This document shows, one piece after another, positions 13,601 to 25,162 of a stretch of DNA of 64,000 nt. This DNA is from Octopus sinensis. Taxonomy: Eukaryota. Both the position numbers and the translations under genes were made by a program. The stretch is taken from positions 19,468,001 through 19,532,000 of the forward strand of contig NC_043009.1 of NCBI RefSeq assembly GCF_006345805.1. The letters are read 5' to 3'. A model generated the notes under the pieces. That model made no database searches, was not told the origin of the DNA, and was given only the letters and a program-made list of their open reading frames with translations. Each line of letters starts with the position of its first letter. The stretch's first letter is position 1.

Positions 13601-14049
13601 AGACCCCAGTTGAACCGTCCAACCCATGCTAGCATGGAAAGCAGACGGTAAACGATGATGATGATGATTTTAGGCTTTTGGTAATTTAGTTTAAAGCATT
13701 GGCTCATTGTCAATGCTTAACATCTTTGAAATGACTGTTTCTGTTTGTTAAATTCTTCCAACCACGGAAGACACTGAGACTCGTGTTACTAATCAGAGAT
13801 TGAAGATGAAACCATGTGATTGTGAAGTGAACTTCTCTGCTAAACACTTTTTCGCTGCTGCTGTAATTATTTCAAAATCCAGCTGTGTTGCACACCTGGA
13901 AAGGTCGTCTTCAACAAACCAAATCTGTATTCCACTTCAAATAATGCCTGATTATTTTCAGGAAGAATACATCAAACTGTTTTCTCTCAACAGGTGTTCA
14001 TAATATAAAGAATATGAAAAACCGTCCTATGGTTCTAATTGGTGGTTGA
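1558..14049 (+). CDS. MOCS1: MOCS1A (MoaA, radical-SAM GTP 3',8-cyclase), spliced gene, 5'-incomplete
   Basis: Exons 1558-1687, 3161-3328, 4885-5117, 7025-7096, 10004-10156, 11124-11234, 11985-12105, 13994-14049 join in frame through GT-AG introns (1044 nt, 347 aa + stop). Motifs: [29 protein letters not shown] (CxxxCxxC), [46 protein letters not shown] (second Fe-S cluster), C-terminal NRPMVLIGG*. Confidence 0.97.
2165..2430 (+). mobile_element. RTE 3'-tail repeat (short RTE copy or RTE-dependent SINE)
   Basis: GGCGTTAGGAAGGGCATCCAGC...CCAACCCATGCCAGCATGGAAA...(GAT)n, same in kind as the end of the RTE at 50139; also ~1890-2060, 2865-3030, 13520-13668, 21000-21210(-), 22030-22230(-), 37450-37610, 39145-39330(-), 40580-40765, 60345-60675(-). 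Confidence 0.85.
3161..3328 (+). CDS. MOCS1: MOCS1A exon (CQYCMPE...IKIV)
   Basis: ttttgcag acceptor, g|gtgagt donor; [15 protein letters not shown]. Confidence 0.95.
4885..5117 (+). CDS. MOCS1: MOCS1A exon (EELHL...FSPLK)
   Basis: tttcag acceptor, aag|gtaagg donor; MTTNG and LNVSLDSL motifs. Confidence 0.95.
5672..5717 (-). ncRNA. Minimal type-I hammerhead ribozyme motif (degenerate)
   Basis: GACAC-CTGATGA-A-GGCTG-gagggtatat-CAGCC-aAAAC-aTT-GTGTT; stem II intact, GAAA changed to AAAA, consistent with CpG decay. Confidence 0.7.
5998..6043 (+). ncRNA. Minimal type-I hammerhead ribozyme motif (degenerate)
   Basis: GACAC-CTGAAGA-A-GcCTG-gagggtatat-CAGCC-GgAAC-aTT-GTGTT. Confidence 0.6.
6459..6535 (+). 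repeat. 25-bp tandem repeat x3
   Basis: ctttgatccctagcctgtggccatc repeated three times (one substitution). Confidence 0.9.
7025..7096 (+). CDS. MOCS1: MOCS1A exon ([24 protein letters not shown])
   Basis: tttgcag acceptor, atg|gtgagt donor; phase 0/0. Confidence 0.94.
7136..9540 (-). mobile_element. 5'-truncated CR1/L2-group LINE with intact RT ORF
   Basis: 765-aa ORF 9500-7203 with [42 protein letters not shown]; preceded in frame by the SDHN end of the APE domain; (AAATG)n 3' tail at ~7136-7160. Confidence 0.95.
7203..9500 (-). CDS. LINE ORF2 reverse transcriptase (partial)
   Basis: Uninterrupted 765-aa ORF with non-LTR RT motifs. Confidence 0.9.
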   Translation of the reverse strand: MHLHIGNEPNVTTLKQKDMPKLCRYDYHQANWETINNQLQIIDWDLYLTGPDKHKKFLNKIEEICEKNVPLKKTKSTKKPVPRERKILMRKRSRLRNKTSKLTSKHELQKVLDQIYRLEDNLKQHYDEERNNAEKRAIENIKKNPKCFYSFAKKYSNTKSTIGPLQRQNGDVVNNPIEMAEMLGQQYESVFSEPSKTMKIHDPGKFFKDIDHTKPTLSDIDFNPEDIARAIDKLSMHSAAGPDGFNAMILKNCKVQLSKPLYMIWRESMENGKIPNTYKEAHITPIHKGDSKSKPKNYRPISLTSHIIKVFERIVRGKLVEFLESNNLMNCNQHGFRLGRSCLSQLLAHHDQILENLENGYNTDVIYLDFAKAFDKVDHGTLGHKLRKLGVGGKVGTWIHEFLTNRTQTVTVNGTHSTPSPVTSSVPQGTVLGPILFLILISDIDEDTTSNVSSFADDTRVMRQIKDEVDTEALQKDLTTIYKWQETNNMLFNDKKFELIRYGTDQDLKNTTNYRNSSGQQIMEKQYVKDLGIHMGTNLKFREHLDSVCLTARKYSGWILRTFKSRDTSTMKTLWNSMILPRIDYCSQLWSPTTKGQLSKIESLQRNFTSYFSETRDLDYWQRLKTLRMYSIERRFERYRIIYIWKMIEQKVPNFGIKTYHSLRHGRRCQLPPINKKAGQAAKTLRESSLLVRGAQLFNSIPVHVRNLSGCSVESFKLQLDRYLSTIRDEPHLPGYTQRAQTDSNSLTTHVKIKQRIQPGNHTRL
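10004..10156 (+). CDS. MOCS1: MOCS1A exon ([12 protein letters not shown]...DTSK)
   Basis: ctttcag acceptor, aag|gtatgt donor. Confidence 0.95.
11124..11234 (+). CDS. MOCS1: MOCS1A exon (AFKIPG...[17 protein letters not shown])
   Basis: pyrimidine tract + aag acceptor, aag|gtatca donor. Confidence 0.95.
11985..12105 (+). CDS. MOCS1: MOCS1A exon (VCLFG...KRKHKQHA)
   Basis: ctaac branch point + ttcag acceptor, g|gtgagt donor. Confidence 0.95.
12690..12746 (+). pseudogene. tRNA-Asp(GTC) pseudogene fragment
   Basis: TATCCCCACCT-GTC-ACACAGGAGACCAGGGTTTGATTCCCCACTGGGGAG resembles metazoan tRNA-Asp with CpG-type substitutions; 5' acceptor/D arm missing. Confidence 0.7.
13429..13510. repeat. 82-bp spacerless palindrome
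   Basis: tcacactcttccatatttga..aaatgatacacaca|tgtgtgtaccattt..tcaaatatggaagagtgtga. Confidence 0.9.
13994..14049 (+). CDS. MOCS1: MOCS1A last coding exon ([18 protein letters not shown])
   Basis: caacag acceptor; conserved double-glycine C-terminus followed by TGA at 14047-14049. Confidence 0.95.
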
Positions 14050-15867
14050 GTGATATTGAATTAATATTAAAGGTAATTATTTTCTATATCTGTTTATATA
14101 TACACACATACACACTCACTCTGCCCTTTATATTCTTGCAGATACCAATTTAAGAATGGTTCTAAAATCATTTGAAATTTTAGGATTTTTTTTTGTAAGA
14201 ATAAATTATAATTTCTGATGAAAATAGTTAAAAATGGGGGAAATTTTTTTATTAATTCATTATTAAAATACAACAGAAATTTAATACTTATGTTTAAATT
14301 ATTTCATTCCACTCTGATGGATGAAGGCTTCAGCATGTTGTTGCTGTGTTGGTTGTAGATTCATCAGATGCTCTTTTAGTGGTGAGCATCAGAGGAATGG
14401 GGAGAGGTAAGGTTTTGTAGGTAAGAATTTTTTTTTGTAACAGTGCAGTTCTGAGTTCCATCCCTAGCACAGTACAAAACCCAGAACATATCTTTTACAG
14501 GGGGAATTTGGCCAAAGACTGTGCAGAAGCCTGTTGTGTGTGTGTATTACACATATGCATATATTGCAAAGCATCTCATCCAAGCCTCTCTGCCAGTCCA
14601 CCACCCAGGCAATGGAGGGTGTAGCTAAATATACAGACTCCAATACTTGACTGCTATTTTATGTCATCAACTTTCAGAGGAAGGAAAAGTTAATCTTGCC
14701 TGGAACTGTTTAAAATATTGACATGTTGTGCCATAGACTAAATCAACTTTGATGGACAGCAGTAATCTTTGCAGAAATTCCAGCCTTTATCTTAAGGCAT
14801 TAAGAGGATAATTAAGTCAACTTATTCAGTTCCCTTCTTCAAACTCCTCCATCAATAACATTGATGTTGTTCAGTGGTTTTCATCTTCTGTTTTGAAGCA
14901 GAAGTCTCCAAAATATAACATCTAATATTGCCTGCTCTTCAGCGCAATAGCTGTGGCCAGTGAAGTTTATCTTGTGTTGAGCAACGATAGCTGAGAGGAC
15001 GGTCTCCATAAAGTTCATCTTTGGTCTTGGGTTCTCACCATGAGCAATTTTGAGTCCTCATAACATGCATAGTTATGAGGGCTCAAAGGGGATTTTTGAA
15101 GGGCCTTCTTCATTCATAGTCCACTTCAAAACTTGAACTGGACCTGTTACAGAGCTAGTGGTATTATACAAGATGATAATGTAAAGCTGGGGGCTTTTAT
15201 AAATAAGGCAGTAATTTATAAGGCTGTGGGAGATAATGAGTTTCATTAAATTGTTTGTTAGAACATTGACTTTTTACAAACATTGTGATAAATGTTTTTA
15301 ACAATTTATAATTTAGAAATCCAACATATTCACTAATAGCCTCAACATGGTCGCTAGAAATAACAGCTAAACCTCCCTCAAACCCCATTTTTAAAACAGA
15401 ATGTAGTCTAGACTACATTATGCCAGTGATGGGAGTGGCCATGGGTAGAATACCTTTGATTATAGATCTTCTCAACTGGGGCTGACTTGGGGCTAAACAA
15501 CAGCCAAAAATGAATTCTTCAAGACAAAAACTAGATCCATCTAACTATAAAATAACTAAATTCAGTGAAAACTTCAGTTTCCACTCAGTTACAAAGCATT
15601 ATTAGTTGTTTCATATCTGAAGACTTGGTACATGAATTTATTTATAACATTCTTTGCCATAATGCCTGTTGATTCTCCTCCAGGTCTTCCTTTAACTGTA
15701 GTTAGGTTTCATAGAGGACAAAAAAAACAGATTTCTTTCAAAAGAAACCAACCAGCCAGCCATGTGTCACAATCTGCTTTTATGGAAAACCCTGTGTTTA
15801 TGTAAAACAATTTATTTTTATTAAAATTGAAACAAGCTATGGAAACTTTAGGAAATTTACAAATTGG

Positions 15868-16139
15868 TCATAATATCACAGTTCCTTGTGATCTTGATCT
15901 TGATGCCAAACTACTGGTTGGCATAAAGTCTCGGATACTGCAGTTTCTCTGCTTCTTCCGACTACACAGAACATAGAGGCTGAAGCTGACTGAAACCAGG
16001 GTTATTAGCACCAATAATCCCAGAATTGAGTAGACAATTGTCAGGTCCATTTCTGAAATGAGACAAAAAAAATTTGAGATTTCATCTGAAGAGATTAATT
16101 GGTATGTACTGGAGTCAGGTTTGGTAAATGAAGACAGTT
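15868..16139 (-). CDS. Membrane protein exon 2 (TM + cytoplasmic tail)
   Basis: Acceptor AG at 16141-16140; 25-residue hydrophobic helix followed by a basic stop-transfer cluster. Confidence 0.7.
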
Positions 16140-19100
16140 CTAACAAATGCAGTAATATTTTATCAAAATAAGATTAGGCAAAGTTCAGATAGCTCTGACC
16201 CCTGCTGGCAACAAAGGGCCTCTCTCTCAGAGTGAAAGACAAATCTGTGTGCGAACAGCTATGTTGCATGGCAGTGAAACATGGGCTATGGTAGCTGAAG
16301 GCATGCATAAGCTTGAAAGAAATGAGGCCATACATGTCTCTACGTGTCATATTGTAAATTTCAGCTTTCCACTAGTATTCGTTTGTCTTTTACAGCTGCT
16401 GAAGTGGACTAAGCTGTTATAATGGAGACAGGTGAATGCAGATCAGGGACCAGGTTCTTATACCTGAAAGGCCATACACCAAAAGAGACTTTCGATGAGA
16501 TGAAAGCAGTCATCTCATGAAAGCACCATCATACGATGTAGTCAAGCACTGGCATCACCATTTCAAATGTGGTCGGACATCGGTGGAAACTGCACCTATT
16601 CCTGGATGACTACATTCCACCATTGATGACACCACTATCCCACAAGTGGAAATTGCCATTTGGGAGGATCGCTGCATAACTATTTAGCAACTAGCCCAAG
16701 AAGTGAAGATAAGTGTAGGGTCCATGAAAAAAAATCATTCACGAGCATTTACACATGCGAAAGTTGTCTGCACGATGGAGTCCCTGGATGCTCACACCAT
16801 TTCAGAAGCAGGAACAAGTCAATTGCTCTTTTATAAACGAGGACTTTTTTGGCAGACTTATCTCACAGGATGAAACCTAGGTCCATCACTTTGATCCTGA
16901 AACAGTCAAAGCAAGGTAACTCACCACCTCCAAAGAAGGCTTGTGTCCAACCCTCAGCAGGCAAGGTGATGTTCAGTCTTTTGGGACCAGTGCAGAGTAG
17001 TGATGATGGATTTTCTGGCAAAGGGCACCACAATTAACAGGGCATATTATGCTTCTCTGCTGCAGAAATTGCAGGAAACCATCAAAGCAGAGAGACAACA
17101 CCCCAGTGTGCGTGTTGCCCAGATGAAAGCACACTCCTGCGGCTATGAAATCCTTCCTCGTCCCCATTATCTCCCGACCTCACACCATCTGACTTCCACC
17201 TCTTTCCAACCATGAAGGGGGGGGGGCACTTTTCGGATGACGAACTTATTTCCGAGGTAAAGTCTTGGCTCCAGATGCAACTAGAGATGAGGTCTTCACA
17301 GCTGCATAAGACAATGGGAGAAGTGTGTCACCATTGGTGGTGGCCAGGTAGAGAAGGACTAATAATTATGCCAAGTTTCAGTTATCTCAGTCCTTGGCAA
17401 CTGGGTTAGAGGAAATCTTTAAAGAACACCCTTCATAGATTGTTATTTCAAATTGCTAAAATCTGAAATATCCTTATATAGCCAGTGTCTAAGCTGCTTT
17501 ACCCAAATTTATTATTACATATGAAAGCATTGTTTAACAAATCAATTAAAACCAGAAGACTATGGAGACTCTTTCAAAGAAACCTTTAGTCAGAGGAATG
17601 GGTTTGTTTTGTTTTTTACCTCCAGCACTTACCTCATCTCTTTCAAGTGCTCGGTTTACTTGACATCTCTCGTCACAAATGACATATATGCATGTGTGTG
17701 CACATGTATGTAGTTGTGTGTGTGTATGTGTAAGAGTGTGTCATCCTTTGTTAATATTTCAAAAAATCTTTCTTAGATTCCCATCGTATATCCAAATGAC
17801 TTTTTTTATCTTCAAACTTCAAGGTCAGGTATTTGTGAGGGGAAGAAAAGGTGAATAATATATTAAACTGTAACTAAGGGCTAGAGAGGAAGAGGGCCAG
17901 CAATAATAGTATTGTTTTTAAGGAGGTGGGCGGGGGGTGTGTTTGGCTGAGAAACTGTCTGGAGTGAGTCAAGAAAGGTTAAGTGGGTTTAATGGAAACT
18001 AAATTTAGTAAAAAAAAAAAACACAATGAAACACTAGAAATATTGAAGTTGCTCTTGTGAAACCGTTAAGTGGTATCAACTCCTGACTCACGACAATTCC
18101 TTGTTACCATTGCTGGTGGAATTGGTAGCATGCCAGGCAAACTGCTTGGCAGCATTTCACCTGTCTTTACATTCTAGGTTCAAATTCCACCGAGGTCAAC
18201 TTTGGCTTTCATTCTCCTGGGGCATGATAAAATAGGTGCCAGTTGAGCACTGGGGTCGACATAATTGATTTCCCTTTACCCCTGAAATTGCTGGCCTTGT
18301 GCCAAAATTTGAAACCATTATTAGGAGATGGAAATGTGATGCCAGGAATGATATGATACTTGATTAAATGTCAAATAAGTTTTATCTCTCCAGGTTCTGA
18401 GTTCAAATCCTGCTGGAGCTGTCAATATTATACAGACATTCAAAAGGTGGAATAATTCACTCCTCTCAACAAATCTACTCTATAGAATTCATTTTTTTTA
18501 TCTGTAAACTTTTTATGAATTAACTTTTAACTTCATTGGGGAAATTTCAAACCTGGGTTCTCATTCCTAAGGTATTTTTCGATATTATTCAGGTCACTGC
18601 CCTGAATTGAACTCTGAATCTTGGAGTTAGTAGCCCTGTACATTCTGAACTGAGCTGTAAAATACTTATTCTAATACAGAACCAATACTGGGGATAAACA
18701 CAAAGGCCCACATACATATGACAAGCTTCCACACAGTTTCCACATACCAGATTCCCTCACAAGGCATTGGTTGGCCTGGGCATTATAGTAAAAGACATTT
18801 ACTCAAAGTGCAGTCGAATGTAGAATATATTTTACAATATAGTCTTAACAGATTTATCCATTTTGGAGTTTATCATAGAATACTTTTAGTTTTGTTTGAC
18901 ATATATTGAGGCAGAGATACAATTTTGATAGAATCAATTATATTTAACTGATTTTTATTTTGTTCACTCTGGAAATATTAAAAAAAGAAAAATGGTTGGA
19001 ATGAGATTTGGGTGGGGGTAAAGACAATGGACTGCACTCCCTTTGGGATGGTTTTTTTTTTTTTTTTTTTCTCTTCTTTCTCACAGGAACCTACCATATT

Positions 19101-22100
19101 GAGTACGAAGATTCTGAATCTAATTAATCCTCATTTATTTTATATTTTTAGGTAATTTAACAGATTTAATTAATGAAACAGATTTGATGATAAGTCAATC
19201 AAGAAGATTCTTAGCAGGATTAACAGAAAAGCTCCTATGGAGATTGATATGAATTCTTTATAATTAAAATTTACAAAAACTGATTACAATTAAAATATAG
19301 TTTTACACAAATATTACCTGATTTTTATTTTTACCAGTTTTGTTTTAATTTTTTTACTTTTGAAAATAAACTAAAGTGACTTTTGTTTGAGAGACTAAAG
19401 CCTAAAGGCAATTCTTGGTGCCTTACACAAGATATATTCTTTGAGAAGAATTCTCACAAACGGTTTCCTGTTCCTCTCTCCCACTTTTAGAAGCGTCTTG
19501 ACATCAACCCTATGAAATCAGAGGTTGCTGGGTCAGTGAGTCAGCAGATGTTATTTCGGCCTTGGACCCACTTCAGTGTGGGGGACACAAATCTGTAGGC
19601 ATTTGGCCGTTAGCCAACACACTAAACGCATCATAATTTCAGTTCTATATAATTAATATTGGAGAGATAATCATGACTAATCTCTGCTAATTAAAGCTAA
19701 ACTATATAAGATTGTGGCCATGCTGGGGCTTTGAAGAATTGACATCAGGACTCTTAAGCCTAATACTTATTCTATCAGTTTCTTTTGCCGAACCACTAAG
19801 TTATAGGGACATAAATAAACCAACACTGGAGTGGTGGGGGACAAAGAGACCCCCACACACACAGCAGGTTTCTTACCATTTCCGTTCACCAAATCACTTG
19901 CTCAAGGTGCCATGCAGTGGGACTGAACCTGGAACCATGTGTTTGGAAAGCAAGCCTATAACCCTGAAGATATGTGCCTATAACCCTGAAGATATTTTGT
20001 TTTTGTGAATAAAATGCTTTCTTTCAATTAACTCTGAAAATGAGGAAGGATTTAGCAACAGTAATTAACTTCTTCATTAATAAAATGAAACTTGGAATAT
20101 TTAATTATTCTCTAAAATTATAGGGTAACAATTTAGATATGAACTTTCCCATATAAATTCCATTAATGACGGGTTTTATAGTCTTGGAATCATGGTCTGT
20201 CCCTGGTGGATTAGCAGTAAAAGATTTAGTTTTTAGGGAAAACCTGCTGTTTTTATGAATTGAAACTTATAAACTTCACCTGTCGTCAATGAGGTGTGGA
20301 ACATTAAATGTCTGAAATTTCTGATTGGTCATTTCTAAGGATCAATATTTGACACCTTGTAGTTGAGAAGCTTACTTCCTAAATGTAATTTTAGGTTCAA
20401 TCCCATTGCTTGGCACCTTGGACGAATGTCTTTTACTCTAGCTCCAGGTTGTCCAAAGACTTCTCGTTCGATTCAATAGAAGAAAACTGAAAGAAGGCCA
20501 TATTATATATTTCTAAGTATGGGTAACCTCTAACCTCTCATCAACTGGCGCAAAGCTCACCAGTTCCTGTCAAACCATCCAACCAATGCCAACCAGGAAA
20601 ATGGTCATCAAATGATGATGTGTATGCTTGTCTTGCCATCAGGGGATGGTTAGAAATAAGTGTCACTGTCATACAAGCAATGAGATTCTTTTCCAGCCTT
20701 CCATGGAAAACCTGTTTGGCCAAAGGGAAAATATTAGCTTACTTAGAAACAGGTGAGGCTTAGTGACAGGAGAGGCAAGTCAATTATATTGACCACAGAG
20801 TATGACTGGTACTTATTGAGTAATATGGGAGATTCTACATAGTCATCCTGCTAGAAATAGTCAATTCTCCCTCAAACCTCACCATCTTAATGTAATCCCA
20901 GGTTTCCTATTCATAAGAAAAAGAGGTGGTCATGGTTGGAATGGATCATAGGCCTTCTACTTAATCAGTGTCGACCAGAGGCTAATTAGGAAGGGCATCA
21001 TCATCCTCTCACATCCGTTTTCTATGCTAGCATGGGTTGGACAGTTTGACCTGGAGCTGGCCAGCTGCCCACTCTTCAATTGTCTGTTGTGGCATGGTTT
21101 CTATGACTGGGTGCCCTTCCTAATGCCAACCACTTTACAGAGTGTGCTGGGTGCCTTTTATGTGCCTCTGGCATGGGTGCATTTATGCAGCACTGGCACC
21201 TGCAAGGAACAAGCCTGTATGTGTGGAAGACAGCAGTTTTACTTGGCTCAACACATCTTATCCAGCCACATGGTTCCGAGTTCAGTCCCACTTGCATGGC
21301 ACCTTGGGCTTATTCTTCTACTAAAGCCTCAGGCGAACCAAAGCCTTGTGAGTGGATTTGGTAGATGGAAACTGAAAGAAGCCTGTCATATATATATATA
21401 TGTTTGTGTGTGTGTTTGTTCCCCCAACATCGCTTGACAACCAATGCTGGTGTGTTTACGTCCCCATAACTTAGCAGTTTGGCAAAAGGAACCGATAGAA
21501 TAAGCACTAGGCTCACAAAGAATAAGTCCTGGGGTCGATTTGCTCGACTAAAGTTGGTGCTCCAGCTTGGCCACAGTCAAATGACTGAAACAAGAGTAAA
21601 AGAATAAGAGTACAGTAAATCACCCCCATTTCCTGGTCCCTTTTTGGCCCAGCATCCAAAGATCCTTTCTCACCACTTCATCAATGGACCATGAAGTGTA
21701 GAGACACTGGGGCCCTAGGTGCACTGAGGCAGAACATAAGACTGAATTGACAGTCGTTAGAGCATGAAATAGTAAACAACACTGATGAGCAAACAAGGAG
21801 CCCTCTATATCAGTGGTTTCTCAACCAGGGCCCAGACGACCCTTGGGGGTTCACATAAGGTCTTGTTAAAATTTATCTACAATAACTTGGTTATAATTCT
21901 ACAACACGCAAAAAACTTTAATTTTTTTTAATAAAATGATTATAAAAAGACAGCAGGATTTTATTTATATATGTATATATATATATATTTTGAATGGCTA
22001 TGAAGGTCCAGGAGAATCAAAGGGTTTCATCACTATCATCGTTTAGCATCCGCCTTCCATGCTGGCATGGATGGGACATTTTGACAAGAGCTAGCCTGCA

Positions 22101-25100
22101 CCAGATTTCTAAAACTGTTTTGGCAAGGTTTTTACTGCTGGATGCTCTTCCTAACACCAACCACTTTACAGCGTGGACTGGATGCTTTTAAGTGGCACCT
22201 ACACTGACAAGGTCACCAAGTAACTTGCAAGACAAAAAAAATCTTTCGAGGGAAGGCATTGGAGGATGAAAGGCTATAGTGAGACAGAGAGACAAAAACA
22301 GGTGTCTTGCTGTAGAGGTACAAGGTTACCCAGCTGGAGAGAGAGATCAGAAATGAAGACAGAAACAGATGCGTTGCCATAAAGGAAATACATGGTTACC
22401 AAACCTGAGGGAAGAGCAGGAGAAGGAGAGAGAGAGAGTGGGAGACAGCAGGATAGAGATGGTGGCAAAATGCCAGGCATACACTCACAAGGGACAGGAA
22501 CCAGAATATAAATTGGATGGTTGAGTAAAGGAAGAGAGATATATAGATAGTGGCAGGTGCCAGGGCACACCCTTGATGTTCAAACGCTAAAATATAAGTG
22601 GCAGGATATTGCGAAAGAAGCGTGATTAAAGAGTGTGAAGGATGGGGCGAAAACCTGGGTGTATATATAAAATGAGGGAGGGCTACTGGATAGCAATGAT
22701 ACAGAGGAACAGGGCCGTGAGGACAGGATTGGGGAGTGGGAGGTAGGCATAATGTATGAAGGAGGAAAGGTGAGGAAGAGAAGTAGATTGGTTTGTTGGG
22801 GTAAGGTGTGTGAAAAGTTTTCTTGTTGTGTGTGGGTGGAGCACACAGGTTGGGGGCTAGCAGACAGCAACAATACAGTGGGACACAAAAATGGTTAAGA
22901 ATCATGCAGAGTCTACATGGTTGCTGGACCAGCAAAAAAGTGTAGCCAAACATTTCTTCAATATCCTTTTGTCTTTAAAATGGTTAAACATTCTGCAGAA
23001 TGAATTCTAAACATTCTTACAGTCATCTTTTATCCCTTTGGGAGGTGTGTGGGGGTGGGGACGTCAGTGAATTAAGGACCTGATGGTAAATTTGCCTCTT
23101 CAGTTCTCCAGAATTACATTTGGGAAAAGAGTCATACACATCAATATCCATGTTTAAGATATCAGAAAGATTAGAGGTGAATCAAAAATTTTAAGTATCT
23201 AGGTCAAATGAAAGAGACTTGTGGAAAAATGGCACATAATATGAAATTACTGAAACTTGACTAAATCTAAAAACTCAACATAAAATCTTCTCTACAACTT
23301 CTTCATGATCTGTTAGAATGGTTCTCTTCCTGACATATTTATGCATTGTGCAGTTAAAAAGTAATTATTGGAATTAGTTATTACTCATTTTGCCCCACTT
23401 TTAGACAATTTTTGAAAACTGGAAAATTAAGTGAAAATTAACAAGTAAAAAATACAAAGATCTGGAAATAGAGGTAACTCGAGTGTGGAGTCTGAAAACA
23501 GAAACAATCTCTATCATAATAGGTGCATTAGGTATAATAAAAAAACATTCAGACAAATACATAACAAAAACATCAGGACTAACAAGGATATATAACATAC
23601 AGAAAATAGCACCACAAAGCACCGCACACATCCTACACTTTCAATACAGTGAAAGTAAGAGCATCACAACAAACCACAGCGCATACCCCAAGGCACATAG
23701 AGCTGCACGCGGTAGAGCAATGGAAAGCATGTGATAAAAAATAAGACTACTGAATAATAATAACATACAGGGTGGGCACGACTGGAGTATCTTTGACAAT
23801 ATGCATCAAAACTGACGAAGAGGCTAACGAGCCAATGTGGTCGCTTAACCTGCTAAAGATAATAGCCAAATTTCGGGCTAATGAAGTTTTGCACCTCACT
23901 TTGAAAAATGCAATTTTTTGAAAACATTTTTCGGATTCCTACGTTTTAGGTGTCGGAGATTACGAATAGGCAAAAAAAAATTTAATTTCACCCCCACCCA
24001 ATTTGAATTTTGAATTTTGTTTACTTTAACGGCATCGTAATTAATTGACGAACATGTGCAAAAATATTCAAGTGAAAAGAATTTGCGTTTTACTTTTGTT
24101 TGCCTTAAATAATCGTAAATATAATTTTTTTTTTCGGATTCCTACGTTTTTGATGTCGGAGATTACGAATATGCCAAAAAAAATTTTTTGCATATTCTAA
24201 AACATAGCAATCCGAAAATTTTTTTTCAAAAAATACATTTTTCAAGGCAGGTGCGAATCTGCATTAGCCCCCACCCCAACCCCCGTCCCCAAGTTATACC
24301 CAAATCCCTGCTTACCATTCTAATAAAACAACGACACGTTGGATAATGTAAATTCTGAGAGTGTCTATTGAAATAAAGGAAACTGTTGTGAATGAGAATG
24401 GGAACTCAGTTGCAAACTGGAAAACAAGAAATTAGGTTTGTTTCCAGAAAATAAAGTCTTTCACTTACCTACAGGTATAAGAATACCGGTTCCAGTTCCT
24501 GCTGGATGAGGAACAGCGACGGCTTTGTCGTAATTTATTTTTATTTCCGTAGAAATACTAATGCTGTTTCTGTTTGATTTACTTTCGACACCGTTCACTT
24601 GTATTTCGTGTCTTATGATGTTGTAAGCTGACTTCGTGTCGTTCTTGCTTTGAATCCCTGATGTAACATCGACATTTAAAGGTTCTTCAGACTGGAACTG
24701 CTCAGAATGGTTCAGGTTGATCAACGCAGCAGGGCTAGACATCGCCTCTTCGTGATTGCCTTTCGTATTTCGGTCGTAGTTGGACAAGGTTTGTAATTTT
24801 CGGCAGCAAATTGAGTTTAAACACGTCCGTTGGTCGACAATTATGCGCTCCACGATCTCCAAAATTCTTAAATTAATTTTTCGACAGTTGAGTTTAGTTC
24901 TTCGTGCATCAATGATTTCTAGATCAGGTAAATGGCTTATATTAAAGTCTAATTGTTTCAAAGGTGTTTCTTTTATCGACAATGTCGCATACCCCGGGTG
25001 GCTCCTACGAAACTGTAAACTTTGAAATGATTTCTTATCACAGTCAATGAGTTTTGACTGCTCTCTCCAAATGCACTCGTCTTCAATAAATATCGTCGTT

Positions 25101-25162
25101 CCATGGACACACGTATGGAATAAAATCGTTAAGAAGAACAAACTGAGATATTCATTAATCAT
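15868..25162 (-). CDS. Uncharacterised type-I single-pass membrane protein (~321 aa), 2 exons
   Basis: Exon 1 (25162-24469; ORF open upstream to 25342) has a signal-peptide-like MINEYLSLFFLTILFHTCVHG, a Cys/LRR-like segment and a Ser/Thr/Asn-rich stalk, ending at g|gtaagt (phase 1). Exon 2 (16139-15868) follows catttgttag (phase 1) and encodes TM IVYSILGLLVLITLVSVSFSLYVLC, basic RKKQR and a short tail. Confidence 0.72.
16172..16332 (+). mobile_element. RTE LINE internal fragment
   Basis: Similar to the AKFRELLPLL...CVRTAMLHSSETWA...RNEA segment of the RTE at 50752-52752. Confidence 0.75.
16345..17437 (+). mobile_element. Decayed mariner transposon (irritans/Himar-like) with transposase pseudogene
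   Basis: ATG 16422 gives METGECRSGTRFLYLKGHTPKETFDEMK; later KHWHHHFKCGRTSVE, KLSARWSPWML (WVPxxL), PSAGKVM, KGTTINRAYYASLL; frameshifts and stops; terminal ...gaacacccttcaTA. Confidence 0.85.
23450..23765 (+). mobile_element. 3' fragment of RLE-type LINE (R4/Dong-like)
   Basis: KYKDLEIEVTRVWSLKTETISIIIGALG...IQKIAPQSTAHIL followed by (TAA)n tail. Confidence 0.75.
23875..24270. mobile_element. MITE with ~75-bp TIRs and an internal 42-bp direct repeat
   Basis: GGGCTAATG..CACCT..TTGAAAAATG..TTCGGATT at left matches the reverse complement at right (..CATTAGCCC); interrupts another repeat. Confidence 0.75.
24469..25162 (-). CDS. Membrane protein exon 1 (ectodomain)
   Basis: Part of the 293-codon ORF 24461-25342; donor GTAAGT at 24468-24463. 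Confidence 0.78.

Noticed and set aside
19548-19585. Hammerhead-like CTGAAGT...GAAAT on the minus strand
   Set aside because: Core mismatch and no convincing stems I/III; the same applies to CTGACGA at ~23812 and CTGAAGA at ~25584.
22274-22953. Overlapping 98-185 aa ORFs on the minus strand
   Set aside because: Low-complexity purine-rich repeat-associated sequence with no recognisable motif or splice support.
22960-22969. ATATCCTTT U12-donor-like motif on the + strand
   Set aside because: No upstream exon or matching branch site; expected by chance in AT-rich DNA.
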